A DNA stretch of 64,000 nucleotides from Tubulanus polymorphus (Eukaryota; Animalia; Nemertea), in assembly GCF_964204645.1 (NCBI RefSeq), contig NC_134025.1, forward strand, positions 25,834,299-25,898,298. Reading direction: 5' to 3'. Position 1 is the first letter of the stretch, and the number at the start of each line of letters is the position of its first letter. Position numbers and translations under genes: made by a program. Below are positions 13,901 through 28,700 of this stretch, piece by piece. The notes beneath the pieces are model-generated. The model ran no database searches, had not been told where the DNA came from, and saw nothing but the letters and a program-made list of their open reading frames with translations.

Positions 13901-16900
13901 CTTTTCTGCTATACATTCTTTTGATTTTTCCAGAATTCATCTTCTGACATTATGTTACGCAGCATACTTGGCCATATCTTACCAGAAGCAATGGTTTGCT
14001 ACTTAGAGAATTACAGCGCGGAGAAATTCGCTGAAATATTTCTGGGTGAATTCGATACTCCGGAAGCGATCTGGAGCAGTGAAATGAGGTATGTACTGAT
14101 TTGAATACGAACCTGAAAACGACATGAATAGCTGGTCAGGTGCATTTATCGTTTTATTATCTGTCTTTGAGGCGTTTAATGATTGAGAAGATCGCGGCGC
14201 ATATTGGTGACTTTACCCCACGTTTACAGAGTAATACTCGCGCATTGTACCAGTACTGTCCGATTCCAGTTATCAGCTTTCCACAGTTGGAAAATGAACT
14301 GTTCTGCAATATTTATTACCTACGCCATCTGTGCGATACCAGAAAGTTCCCAGACTGGCCAATCAAAGAACCGGTAAGATCTTTAGTATTATGAAAGAGA
14401 AATGGTGATTGATTTAACAGCTATACACATATTGGGTGGGTTATTTTTGTTGTCTTTCTTAGGTTCAATTGCTGAAAGACATTCTGGAATCGTGGAAAAA
14501 AGAGGTTGAAAAGAAACCACCAGTGATGTCTGTTGAAGATGCCTACGAAACCTTGAACTTGCCTAAAATTCCTGGAGGGTTAGTATTTCTTATGGTTTCA
14601 CCTACAGCGATATAATAACCTATTCATTCGTTATGATTTTAATTTTATATAATGTTACATCTTTCAGTCATGATGAGGGTAAAATCCGTAAAGCATACTT
14701 CCGTTTGGCCCATAAATATCACCCAGACAAAAATCCAGATGGCAGGGTAAGAAATGTTCCTTGCATTGTGTAGCCACGTCGGTAACAAAATATAAGCTTG
14801 AATTTCTTCCGCCTTCTTCAGGATATCTTTGAGAAAGTGAACAAAGCTTATGAATTTCTGTGTAGTAAAGCTAAATTGACTGATGGTCCAGATCCGATGA
14901 ATATATTGCTGATTCTGCAAGCTCAAAGCATCCTATTTAGTCGATACAAAGATAGTAAGTATTACCGGTATATTGTTATTTGATTGCCAATTTCTGAAAA
15001 ATTTCCATGGTGGTCTAAATATTTATGCATTCATTCTATTATAGCTTTGGAACCGTATAAATATGCCGGTTATCCGATGTTGATTAAAACTATCAGAATG
15101 GAGACAAATGATTCAGAGTTGTTTTCTAAAAAGACGTCACTGTTAGCTGCTAGTAGTGAACTGTGCTATCATACTGTCAATTGCTCGGCACTCAATGCTG
15201 AGGAACTGAGAAGAGAGGATGGTATTGAGGTAAATAGTACCCATATTTCAATTTAACTGCGTCTCCTTAATTTCTTGAAAGTCAATAATGTTTTTGTTTC
15301 CATCTTGTAGTTATTACAAGAAGGATTTGCCCGGTGCGTAGGAGTGCTGGGACAATCGACAAAACACGAAGAAACGTCAGTCCAAGTGTGTATACAGATT
15401 GCTCAATGTTATGCTGTGGCGTCGCAGTTTGAAGGTTGTCGAGAACGTATACAAGAATTGCCTACAATCATAAAAGACCTGTGTCGCTGTTTATACTTCA
15501 AGGTAAGGGAGTAATCTGGGCCCAGTTACTCAGTTAACGCTGCAGCGCAAAAATTGATTAGAAATTCGTAAGACATGTCTAATTGTTATGGAAGAACAAT
15601 GATTAATTCAAATGTATGATTGAATTATCTATCTTCAGCAACTACAACGATTATGCACAGTTGTTACGGAATGCATTGGAGCATTCTGCATTGATTTTTG
15701 GCTTCAGACACATCTGTTCCAAGCTGGAGCTCTGTGGCATCTATTACTCTTTCTGTTTAACTATGATTATACGTTGGAGGAAGGCGGTGTGGAAAAAAGT
15801 GACGAATCTAATCAACAGGTAAACTCATAATGCAACACATGACAAAAGGAAAATTCTTATTCTAGATACCAGTAGATAGATAGAAAGAGAGAAAAATAAA
15901 ATAAAATCCCTCACCAGTCAAAAGCTAAAATGAGTAAAAGGGTATACCGTCTAATGAATAAGATTGGAAACATGATTGAAATTGTAAAATTATTAATTTC
16001 CAGGAAGTTGCAAATAAATTAGCTCGATTGAGTTTACGAGCCTGTGCTCGACTTGGGGGATATTTACAAGGTAATGACGCTACACCGGACAACCCTGCCG
16101 TGAAGAAGTCATTGACTGTTATGTTGACTCCTTATCTCGCACGAAAACTGTCTGCAGACGACCCAACAGAGGTATGTCTGCATAAATGGCATATATATGC
16201 ATACCATATTCAAAAGATTATTCATGCACATCTAGTTACGTTGGTTTATGTTTAATGTTTTTCAGTTGTTAAAGATACTCAATTGTAATACAGAAAACCC
16301 ATATTTACTTTGGGACAATATGACTCGTATGGAACTGACTGAGTTTCTCGCTGATCAACAGCAACAGAAAATACGAACGGTAGGTTTAATGAGTAGTGTG
16401 GCCACTGATTCAGAGATTCGCGAACGATGGGATAGGTTGTGAATTCATATTTCAATGAAATTTTCTCAGATTTTTGATGACGGCTTGGATTGGATGACCG
16501 AATTTAAAAAAGAATTGGTATCTAGATTTTTTCAAACCTTCACGAGATGCATGATGAACTGGACTATACTCTAGATGGAATACTCATTATTATTGTTTGG
16601 TTTTGAAACATGCGGATTTTCTATTTGAGTGTATTGAATATTATTGTTGAAGACTTTCACTTATTACTTCTTGCTTCAGGATTGATTGTTATGTTTGAAT
16701 AATTACTGCTGGCATGATACTCTTCATTTTGCTTCTGTGTTAAAGAATAATTTTCATGCCAATATAATTCTTACCGTGCAGATCTTAGTTTTAATTCAGA
16801 TATCAATCTTTTGTATGTTCTTTTTCCTCAGGGTGAATGTGATCCATCATTTGGTTCCGAATTTGAATATTCGATTCATAAGAAGGAGCTGATAATCGGA

Positions 16901-19900
16901 GAAATTTTTGTTCGAATTTACAACGAACAACCTACATTCCCATTGGAGGTAAGAACAAACCTTATACTGGTACTACTATATAATACAACGTAGAAGTTGT
17001 GGATTATAATAACCATACTTCATATGCCATTTAATTAAAGACTGACCTGGAAATTCCTACAGTAAGAAAACGCTCTCTTCTAACTAGATAGCTCTGGTCT
17101 GTTATTTGTTGTCGTGTTATGATTCTCGTTCTTGGGTATTGATTCCTTTTGAACTTTGTGTAGAAATGGATGATTATTCTCTTTTGTTCGGACGTTTTAT
17201 TGATGTATATAGTATATATAGTATATATGATATCGTATGAGATAATTGTTGTATATATAGTAGAAAGTCAGTATCGTACTTGATTATTTTCTAGAATGAT
17301 AGGAAATCTGAAAATCAGGTAGCGTATTATAGAGGTTTTTCTTGGTGTGGAATGATATTCTAATATTTTTCAGTATTCTTTCACATTATAATGTGCAGAT
17401 GTTTCTTCTAATCCTTCATATGAAAGGAGGATGTATTTAACCAAGTTATGGCTCCTCATAGGAAAGGTTATGCACTTGTTTTGTCATTTTAGTTGTGATG
17501 AAAGTACATAAATCACCCGTCACTTTGTTTAAGCTTTGTACACATTGGTGGATAGAACCATGGACATATAAACTAGAGTTTATATGTCCATGATAGAACT
17601 GATAACTCCTGTTATTCACTCCAGTTCAGGATTGTGTAGATTCTCTACTGTTCCTCTAATCCTGCATGTTGCAGACTATTTTTCTGTACATGTATACATG
17701 CCGGAAAATACTTTATTTCAGATACATTAACAATTAACTGCATGTTATTTACATTTCATTAACATATCGTTGAATTCATCTACCTCCATGAACTGTGATT
17801 GAGTAACCTTGTCCAACATATCATCATTTTCATTTGTAATATCTTTACATGTATTTGTAGAATGCTAAAGGTTTCACAATTGATTTACTTGACTTCCTTG
17901 GATCACAAGCACAGGTAAATTAATGCATCATAAGTCATCTGTCATTTTACTTGCCATAAACTAGGCCGTTATATCAAAGGTTAATTTGAACACGCATTTT
18001 TTTATGCTATTCCAGTATTTACATTCCCTTATGGCATTGAGTCAACAGGATTGTATCAAAGCCACACAACAATCACAGAATCAACGTCTCACTCATGTAG
18101 AAATGGCGCTGGAAGCCTTGAGAAATGTCATTAAAAACAATTCAGGTATTTGCCTACTACTATTCACTATATCATAAGATTATGTTTGGATCTTTGTATG
18201 AAAATAATGTTTTTTCTGTTTTTCAGGAGTTGAGATTCAGTGCATTGGTCATTTCAAGTTGTTGTTTTCCTTGCTGCGGCTGACTGGCTGCAATAAGATA
18301 CAGCAGTATTCCTTAGAGGTAAGCTTCAGGTTGATGAATAAGCGACTGAATTTTCAATTGATCCTCATTGTATTACTGTATCATGGTTAAATTATAGGTG
18401 CTATCTAGTGTAACTTGTAATCAGGAATGTGTGAATGATATTGCTGCATCTGAAGTGCTGGCTTATTTGCTGCTAGTTTTAGAAACTCTCCAGTCTAGTA
18501 AGTAGATGTATGATTGAAATTCTTTGCCTATTTGACACTGATTTTCAATTGCTTATTTAATTAGTGTTTTTTCCATTGCAGGTCGACAACTTGCTCTTGA
18601 AACTCTTTATCCTCTCACATCAAACACTAAAATTGTCAAAGAGGCAATGAATAAAGGTAAGAGAATATGGCATTGCATTTTACGCTGTCTCAACTCTGAT
18701 TATTCTCTTTGAAATTTATGACTTTTGCGAATATTTGCTTTCAGGTGCTCTCATCTATCTGCTTGACTTATTCTGCAATGCTACGAATCCAAACATACGG
18801 GAACAGACTGCCGAACTGTTCGCTAAAGTCCTCGCTGACAAACTCGTTGGTCCAAAGATTCGCATCCTCATGTCAAAATTCCTTCCAGGCATATTCATGG
18901 ATGCTATGCGAGATAGCCCTGAGGCTAGTGTACATATGTTTGAAGGTACAGTTTTAGCTAACATGCATATCTGTTTTGTTTTATTTGCCATCTGTATGGC
19001 AGATGAATTACGAATTGCCTTTGATTTCAGGTACTCATGAAAACCCTGAACTAATTTGGAATGAGGAAACTAGAGAGAAAGTATGCAATACTGTAAAAAC
19101 TATGAAAGATGCGTATGTATTTGATCAGTAGTTTTCATTGATCTATTATCGAATAAAATTGCAATACACATCTTTTGATTTATTGTTTGTTTCTTTTACA
19201 GGCATTTTATGAAACAGAAGGATAATCCTGAAATCCGTTGGAATTTGAAAGAGAATTTCTCGGTAATTTACTCTGACAACGAATCAGAAATGATCATAGG
19301 TGGAGTCTTCCTTCGCTTGTTCATCGCCAATCCAGGATGGGTACTACGTCGACCTAAAGAGTTTTTGTCAGAACTATTTGAAAGATGGTCTCAGCTTTGC
19401 AGTATTCCAAGCCCTAATGTAAGACATTTCCAGAGCAGTTAAATCATGAGTGTCAGAAAAATATTGGTATAGTCGCAATTGATTATCATCCATTTCTGTT
19501 TGTTTCTTTATAGGGGGAAACCTTAGAAATGGTCACGCAGGGTCTAGTCAGTTTCTTTATTGCTCAACAAACCATGTTGGATTCTGTGCCTCAACTTGGT
19601 TACATTCCACAGATATTTAAAGCCATGACCGCTCGAAACACTGCCATCCCGTACTCGGCTGTACTATTAATCAGGCAGTTGGTGGAAAACGAGGTAGATC
19701 CCAATAGTTATTATTGCTCATTATTCCTTAAAAGTTCCCTTAATTGAGTTGAACTGTGACGCTTCATTCTTCACATTTTTCTACTGTAGACATGCATTTC
19801 GAGCATGGCTTCCTCTGAATGTATCGCTCCGATGAAAACAGCCATGAAGATGCGAAAAGATGCGGTTGGAAAGGCTTGCGAAGCTTTGCACAAAATGTTT

Positions 19901-20430
19901 GACACCGGTGACGATGAGCTTGTCAGCCAGGTCAGCAATTTCTCTTTAAATACATGTATCATTGGTTGGGTGGTGTTAATTTTTGTATTAAGAAATTTTT
20001 ATCTCTCTCTCTCTCTCTCTCAGGCTTTACAGTGTGATATGATAGAGTATTTGTTGAATTTACTGGAAACCGGATTGGAGAGACTGGATAGTCCTGCAGC
20101 GATTAAAGCACAGATAGTAAAAGCGTTGAAAGCAATGCAGAATTCACTGCAGCATGGTGAAGAAGTGACTTCAATACTTAGCAAATCAACAATCTGGAAA
20201 GAGTATAAAGATCAACGACATGATCTGTATATTCCAAACGCACCAGTTGCCGGATATCTAACAGGTAATGCTAATTAACCAAAAGCCTGTCTACTTCAGG
20301 ACAAACAGAATTGATATATTTACTGAATGTTATTTCAGGTGGAACTCCAGGTGTAGCTGGTTATCTAACTGCTGGAACAACGTCTAATGCGATGCCGAAA
20401 AAACCACCACCAGATCCATTCATGCAATGA
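7939..20430 (+). CDS. DNAJC13: DnaJ homolog subfamily C member 13 / RME-8, ~49 coding exons
   Basis: N-terminus [22 protein letters not shown] repeats, GYF-like WAQGMDGW region, J-domain [11 protein letters not shown] (~14.7 kb) and C-terminal QRHDLYI...AGYLT. All exons join in phase; TGA at 20428-20430. Confidence 0.97.
17552..17599. mobile_element. 34-bp palindromic mini-insertion with 7-bp target-site duplication
   Basis: atagaac|catggacatataaac-taga-gtttatatgtccatg|atagaac: perfect 15-bp arms and identical 7-bp flanks. Confidence 0.75.
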
Positions 20431-22745
20431 CCAATCTAGAAAACCATTTGTTTAGATAGTTTTAATTGAATGGCTTACACTCTGCTATACAATAACATAC
20501 ACCAACTAATTGGTCAGATTACTGGAAATTAGCGTGATATGTATGTTCTCAAGGTCAGATGACTAAAAACAGTCTAGATTTACTTTTAGAAATTTGATTC
20601 TTTACTAATGTGATTTATGTATAGATGTGATTATTGTTGGACACCAAGGTTGTAAGTGGACAAGTGTTCTTGATATTTCGATTTTCTTTCTAGTCATCTT
20701 GGTAATTGTTATTATGTAAGTATTAAGATAGCGTGCTATCTATATGCAGGATGAAATGGTTTTTGTTCAAGGGTGTTTAGACGTGTGCATTTCGATGCAT
20801 AATATTATACCATATACCTTACCAAGGGAAATGTTAACCCATACATCACAATTTTGATTGAATGATATTTCCTTTTATGTGCCAAATCAATGGAGTACAT
20901 TGGAATCACACTAAACCTATCATTCTGTAGGTTAAAAACCTTTTGCTTTGATAATTCTATGAAGACAGTCATGAGACATACTCAAATTTCAAATTCCAGG
21001 ATGAAAAATGTAGATTCCGTCCTAAGTGAAATATTAACTAAATCTCCTCTTTGACATTAGTTGAGCAGTAATCAAATGCTGATTAGATACTTAAATGCTG
21101 GACTAAGTGGTCTATATGAAACAAAGTGAGCTGCCACAGATTTATCAGAATTATGTATATAATGAGGTGTTGAAAGAATTAATGAATGAATCTGTGCATA
21201 CCATGTGATGTATTTATTGTTGAATATGTGCTTTTTCATCTTATCTGTGCTACTGCCATTTCATAGAAGTATAACAGTACCTCTATTAACTCTTTATGTA
21301 AAACATTTTTCCGAGGGCTCAATGACTTGCCATTTGTCTCGGCGATTCGAATTGATAGATGCCAGTTTGTGTGGGACATTATGGTGGAATGTAATACATG
21401 TACTGGTTTATACATTGATCTTATATATCAACATATCTCGATGTAATCATTGTGTAACTATTGTAACGTGATACGATTCTCCATGAAAATGTAGCAGATA
21501 TCTTTTCCTCATTCTCCCCACATGTACTATGATAGTATTGTTGAATTATAGAACTGCTTTCAATTATTCATCTATAGTTCAATGCCTTATTCGCTGGTGA
21601 AGTCTGACCAGTTAGATGATTTTTAGAACTCCATTCAACTGTTGCTTTGTCAATTAGCATTTGTAAAAATAGTGAAGTAATACACATGATTAAAACACAT
21701 TTAACCGATTCTTCTATGAGCTTATGTACAGATATGTATAATTTTAATGAATGCTAGAGATAACAAATAAATTAAGTATAAAATAATTTGATGTTTGTTT
21801 TTCTTGTGGTTGTATAGTCTTAATTGCGATAGATGGCGAACTAGTCGATCGGTAAACTGCTCGAAAGTTTACGACTTTCCACTTGGAATTTTATCCATGT
21901 TTATTATTACGTTTTGGTAAATGACTAAGAAATTCCATCAATATGATTTAATCTCGCTTTCGAGTAAATATGATTTTCAACAAGTGAAATAAACAATATT
22001 GAAAGATGATGCGTAGTTGATGGAACAGCCTTGCAGTGCACCGAACTGACCAATCAGAATCGCGTTTACAGATATGACGACGTGTAGATAGCAGCGACCA
22101 TTGCATCGTGAATTTCAGTGGAACATCTGCCTTTTGAGACCAATCTAACCACGGTGGCAGCCGCTAAGGCTGAATAGTGCTCGTGGATATAATCTGTAAG
22201 TTACGGGGCCGATATTTCTGTAGTTCTTATCTATAAAATCCCGCTGTATTCATGTTTAGGAAGTGAATCGAAAGTGAAAAATGATTAAAAATTTACTTCC
22301 GGGTTTGGTTGGGTCTGGGCTGGGGGGCAGCGTGTGTCATCATTGTGGTATAGCAGCACTTATACAATGTCTGTATAAGTAGCGGTTAGCTTCAAAGAGT
22401 GCGGTTACCATTCGACCACCCTTCACTCTCCCTGACCCTGAATTTGTCAATAGACGAAGTCAAGTACATGTTGTGTGCACAGACAGTGGGTTAGACTGGG
22501 ACGGGTACTTAAGACTTAATAGTTTAGCCTCATTTTAAAATGAGATGTTTAGATTGGTCCCATCTTTCTATTATGAATTACATCGTTAATTGAAACTAAT
22601 CATTTCAACGATAATCTTGCTTCATTTGAATAATAAAGGTGATCAATAAACTTACAAATCTAGGCCTATTTTAAAGATTTATATTTTTTCAATTGCAGGG
22701 ACCTTTGATTATTATAGGCCTACCAAGAATCAATAATACACTAAA

Positions 22746-25700
22746 ATGGATACCCAAAGTTTAGCGATAGGTGGAGCAGTGTTTGTCATTTCTGCTGTTG
22801 TCATTTACTTAATTTCTGTTTGTGGTATGCGGGAGCGTACTTATGAGGAAGTTATGGCGGAACAACGAAGGTGGCAAGAGGCTCAAATCAAAAAACCAAC
22901 GAAAACAGACAAGAAGGACAAGGTGAAAAAGAAAATCAAGAAGAAGGAAAAGGCTGCGACTAAGGACGAGAAAGGAGAGAACAAAGAGGAAAGTGAAGAG
23001 AAAGAAGAAAAGGTGGAAAAGATCGAAGAAGCACCAGTTCTTGCTAAAGAAGAAAAGATGCTCGAAATCGAACCTGATCCAGAAATTATCGATTCCGAAG
23101 CTCCCCCGAAACAACCGAAGGGAAAGAAATCTAAGAAAACCAAATCCATCTTACATAACCGCTCGGAGCGTTCGCCGAGTACAGATGCTGTTGATGTTCC
23201 GGAAACCTTTCACCCGAAACAGATGCCGAAGGACGAGCTGGAAATCAAATACAGTCACGTATCGACCAGTGAAAGTGATTCCTCTCCAGCGATCCGTCAT
23301 AGAAAAGGCAAGAAAGGCAAGGATAAATCTGGTTCATCTAACAACAGCCAGGAGGTCAGACATGAGACAAAGGCCGAGATATTGGCCGAGGCTGAGGTTG
23401 AAGAAGTAATTCATGTTACTGAATCTACTTATGCGACTGCCGAGGCCCCTCCTCAAATGGAAGCACCAGTCAAAGAAAAAAGAAAAAACAAGAAAAATGA
23501 AGGTAGGAGATGATTTTTTCTCACTATTTAGCCTATTTGATTCAAAACACAGTTAAATTTTGGGACGACCAGTTCAAAATCTAAGCTTTATGATAAAGGG
23601 TGAAAATAGCAATTTTTTTCTGATCTCCATAGCTTGTGTAGTACTTATACAAGGCCCTCGATGAAAGAAAACAAGTTTTGACATTCTAGACCACCAATTA
23701 ATGATATCAATTCCTTTCTATTGAAAATTTGACACAATGCTCTTCCGTCTATCAATCACTTAGATCATAGTCAGTCGCTGGTCGGCCCATTTCAAGTTAT
23801 ACGACAAGATAGCGAGTTCATAGTTATTGATCATATGTCAGTAATAAATTGAATTGTATCTTTTGTCTGTCTTCGTAATCATTACTTTAAGTTATTTCTT
23901 TGTGATAAAGTTCTTGATACATCGAAAAATATATTGATATGGGTATAAGGCCTTAAGTTCAACACGTAGACTTTTTGCTTGTTGTTATATTCAGACAATT
24001 ATTGGGTGAATGTATATTTTCTTGATCTTTTAATGACTTGCACATGATCCATAGATATGTGTGGGGGCTCTATTCATTTGTTTTAGTTTGATATAGCCTA
24101 TAGGCTTAGTCTGTATGTATGTGTGAGAGCTATTCAACAGCTGGTTGGAGTCATTGACAAAAAAAGAATATATATAATAATCAATAGCCTCTGAGCGTCA
24201 TCATATGGTGTTGGTGATACCACACTCGTTCTGAGGATCAATGCCTCGAATCTAGATATAAAACACTGTCCACGGATATTTCACCTAACAGATGCTTATT
24301 TCATTTAGTCACTTCTATAAGATGTGTTTCATTCGGCCCTTCTCATTCATCTGAACTGGTGAAATATGAAATTATGCTATGGTCTGAATATTATAATATT
24401 TTACCCTTTAATGACCCTTTAATTTGCTATCACTGAGTGAAGAAAATGATTCATGGAACAACATATTTTGCGGGAAGAAATGTTTATAAAAATCCCATAT
24501 AGCGGGTATAGATGTCAAATATTTCATTTCATTATACATTTTCGTCATCAGATTATCATATCGAATGATTCCAGGTTTGAACGTTGAAGAAGCAACCGAT
24601 ACAAATGATCTTTTGAACATCATTAAAAATGCTCCTCTTACTGAAATGGAAGTACAGACTCTGATTGACATTCTTTTGGCTAAAGGAGGACGTGCAGAAT
24701 GGAATAAGGTGAGCTTGCCCACATTTTCATTCGCACATATAGAATTTATTAGCAGTGGAATCAGTAACACTTCCATATCTCTTACGTGTTGCTAAATACC
24801 CAGTAGATCATACTTTTTGTCTTTTTCACAGAAATCCCAGAAGACTGATCCAGTTTACATCTTGAAAAAACAATTGGAAGACAAAGAAAAGTCACTTCAG
24901 GAAGGTATATAACCGGCGGCTTGTTTGATGTCTGTGTTTGATAGGTATCATGTTTCAAATTTGGAAAATTGTTTTTCAGAGCAACAGTTGGCCATGTCGG
25001 CAAATTCTCGTATCAAGGAGCTGCGCCAAGAGCTATCCCAAGAGAAATCTCGATACAGCCAAATAGAGAAATCGTCGCAGGAAAAAATCGCTGACCAACA
25101 GAAAGAGATCCAGGCTTTACATTCGCGCATGCAACAAACTCATGAACAGCATCGTTTGGAAATGTCACAGGTTCGGGGCAAAATGGACGGTCAGATGATG
25201 GGCGATGGACAGGCTCAGATCATTCAAAGACTGAGCGAGGAAAATAAGCAATTGAAAGAAGCCGCTGCCAAAGCACAGTTAGTTTTTGAAAATCTTAGCT
25301 CTCAATTATAGCCTAACCATTAAAAAAACGAACAAACTAATTTTCTCATCTCTTTTGCGATGATCTCCTATAGAATGAATGCTATGCCTGCAGTAGACGT
25401 GGCCAGTTTACAACAACAACTGAAAATTGTCAACACTGAATTGTCTAACAACGTGATGAAATTGAACACTAGCGAAAACGCGAAAAGGTCAATGGAACAG
25501 AAACTGCACAGATATGAGGAACAGATTAGAAGCCTTGATAATACAAAGGTAAAACTAGTTCTAATTTCTACTTATGATGTCTTAAATCAAAATCCATATT
25601 GATGGGTGAGTATAAATTTGTATTTCTGATTCTGATTATAGAAAGATTCCGAATCTGTTTTGACCCGCAAACTGAATGAGGTAAGCGAAGAACTCCGAAA

Positions 25701-28700
25701 ATCTGAGGCTCGGGTTGGAGCTTTGAAGAAAGATTATGACCGTGCTAATACTAGCAAAGACATGGCTGAAACTGAGTTCGCGAATTTGAAAAATAAGTTC
25801 CAACAATTAGAACACTCCTCAACCGATAAATCAGGCCAGGTGAAGTCAATGGAAAACCAAATTAAAATTTTGGAAGCTAAAGTGCAGGTAATTGAATTTG
25901 TTTTGAAGTGAGAGTTTATTAGAGCATAGTGCCGATAAAGACTAGAAATGTTTACGTATGATATTTTGATGTATGATTAGGAGGCAACCTCGCAACGTCA
26001 AGATTTAGAAACTCGCATTACTGTCATCTCAAAGGATATCGAATGCAGAGATCAAGAATTAAAGTCTGTGAAAGAGGAGAATACATTGTTGGCAACTCAG
26101 TTACAGACTACAAAAGAACGTCAGTCTGGCGAAGGTCAAGAAGCTCCTAGTAATCAACCTACTGGCGCTGTAAATGGTCATGTTACCAACGAGAAAGATA
26201 TTCCGAAAGTATCAGTTACTGAACATGAAAAAATGTAAGTTTGCGTAAATCCAAGATTCTTTTTAAAGGGATGGGGGTAATCGACTTGTTGTTTGAGTCG
26301 GAATCAATAAATGAATTCTCTATTTTTCGACAGAGTTGGTCAGAAAGCGGAAGAGGTCTCAAAGTTGGAGTCAGATTTATCAGCAAAAATAGAAGAAATA
26401 AAGCGTTTATCAGACGATCTAGAAAACCAGAAAAAGAAAAATAATGTGAGTACCAGTAGATTGTGATGAACGAGATGACGCTTTTCTCAGGTCTTCTGTT
26501 AAGTATCGGATTAACAAAGGAAAATGTCGAAAGTCATAACTTTGAGATGATATGTTTGGATTTATCTAATTGCTTGACAAGAGACTTCGAGACTTGAGTT
26601 TGGTATTCGCTAATTATTCTGTTATTCTAACCAAATTTTTCAGTCTGTGCAATTAACTTCATGTTTACGCTTAAGTGAGGGTAAATGAGTGCAGCAGTGG
26701 TGTCACGGTGGTTTATGTAAATAAATAAACCCCTTTGATCTGAGTGTAGTATAGAATGTTGAGTGTATGAATGAATGAAATATTCCTATATGTATTTATG
26801 TACTACAATAGTCTAGTTAATCATTTAGAAATGTACACACATAGACAGTAGATTTAACCCTTTAGCCGCCATTACTTCTATTAGCTTCTTGAGAAAAAAA
26901 TTACATACCGGTAATCATAAGATATATATTATATTAAGAAAAATGAATTAGATTGTTTTCAAGCAATTTTCATCGTTTCGATCTGATTTCTTTTTTTTTT
27001 GGTAAAATGTTCTCCATTGTTTGGCAATCTTCCGTCGGTTCTTGATTTAGGCATTACGCGAGAAAAATTGGAAAGCCATGGATGCGTTATCGCAGGCTGA
27101 AAAACGCGCTGAAGAATCGCCGAAAATTCAACAGCAACTCGAACAAAAAGAGAGCGATCTTAACCAGCTAAGGGAGCACATTCAGAGATTAAAACGTGAA
27201 AATAATGTAAGAGTTCGTCTGCGTTTTGTCTGCTTGCTTTTTCATCGTCGCACATTCATCCTGTCATTATCAGGCAGACATCATAAATTCATTGTTGTTA
27301 TATTTGTGTCGATACTGTGTTAACGGCGTGAATTTGTCAATTAAACTGGATATATTATCGTTATTATGTCGTAAATTAAGTAACGAGCCTCCTTAGAATA
27401 TCCTAGAATGGTTTGGTGAATGAATGTAGTATGAATGAATGTTTCGTTCAGAGCAGTTTATGCTTCGGTATCGGCTTTCTTCGCTCTGTCCGTTTTGGTG
27501 GCTTCAATTTTGACCTTATTCTTATTTACTGACCGTATTGAATTATTTCTTCCTTTCAAATTTCGATCTGAAACAGGGCCCAGTCAATTTCAGATGAATC
27601 ATTATTACCCGCATGTCGTCTTCATCCTGACTTTTATTTCCTAATTGATATAAAAAGTGTAAATATATACAATGGTTGAATATCTATTTCTAAATGGAAT
27701 TTTATTTGTAGGAGCTGTCTGAACAGCATCGTCAAACCATGCTCGATTTAGAATCAGTGTCCAGTTCTCACCAACAAGTCACTGATATGGAACAGCAATT
27801 AGCTAAAAGTAAATTAGACGTAGATCAGTTACGTCAAGAACTGGAAAATAAACATAAAGAAAATGAAGTAAGCAGGCATCGTTTTACTCACTCCTTTAAC
27901 TATGAACTCGGTTTCCCAGCTTATCGATCATATATCAGAATTCCACTATTAAATATTGGCTATATCGATGACCAATTTGCTGGTTAACTTTGTTGTAACA
28001 TTGGTATGTGTTTGCTTTGCTTCTTACGGTAATATATTTCAATTGATGAGTTAGCTGGTTCACCAATTATCTTATATTTTGGTAAACTTGGGTAAACTCG
28101 TATTGAACCACTAACTAACCGCATGATATTATATCTCGGGCTTATTTTCAGTGTTCTATTGTTAAAATGCTTGCTTAACGTTATATTTGGCGCGTCGGAA
28201 GTTTTAACCGAGACAATTAATTTGATACATGTATATATGAGTTAATTTATTTTAAAAATTGTTCAATTTATTCGAAGCCTCGCTGAAGGGCATGTGGTCC
28301 ATGGATCTATGAATTTCTAATTAAATCCGTTTCATTCATGGATGATTAGCTACCAGTTTCTAACATGTATTCACTGATATCCTATTCAACAGCTATCGAT
28401 TGAAGATGATGCACATTGTTCCTAGTGTATTGCGCCTATAGTTTTTAGCTGTCAAAATGGATTTTAGTTTCGTAAATATTTCTATCGATTGTGAATTTTG
28501 AGCAACATTAATAGTGGCAGATGGGTCTATGCACATGTTGCACCCACTAACATTTTCAGACACATTTAATACAGACGATGATTTTCTCATTTTAGTAGTG
28601 TAGATAATTTTTCCCCCTTTTTTGGTGAACTGCATAATAGTTAAACTATCTATATCCAGAGCTGCCAACTGATTCCCAGTTAGCCTGAAGAATATCGATT

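Noticed and set aside
22040-22155. ER-stress element (ERSE) in the RRBP1 promoter
   Set aside because: CCAAT and CCACG are 4 nt apart (22140-22153), not the required 9.
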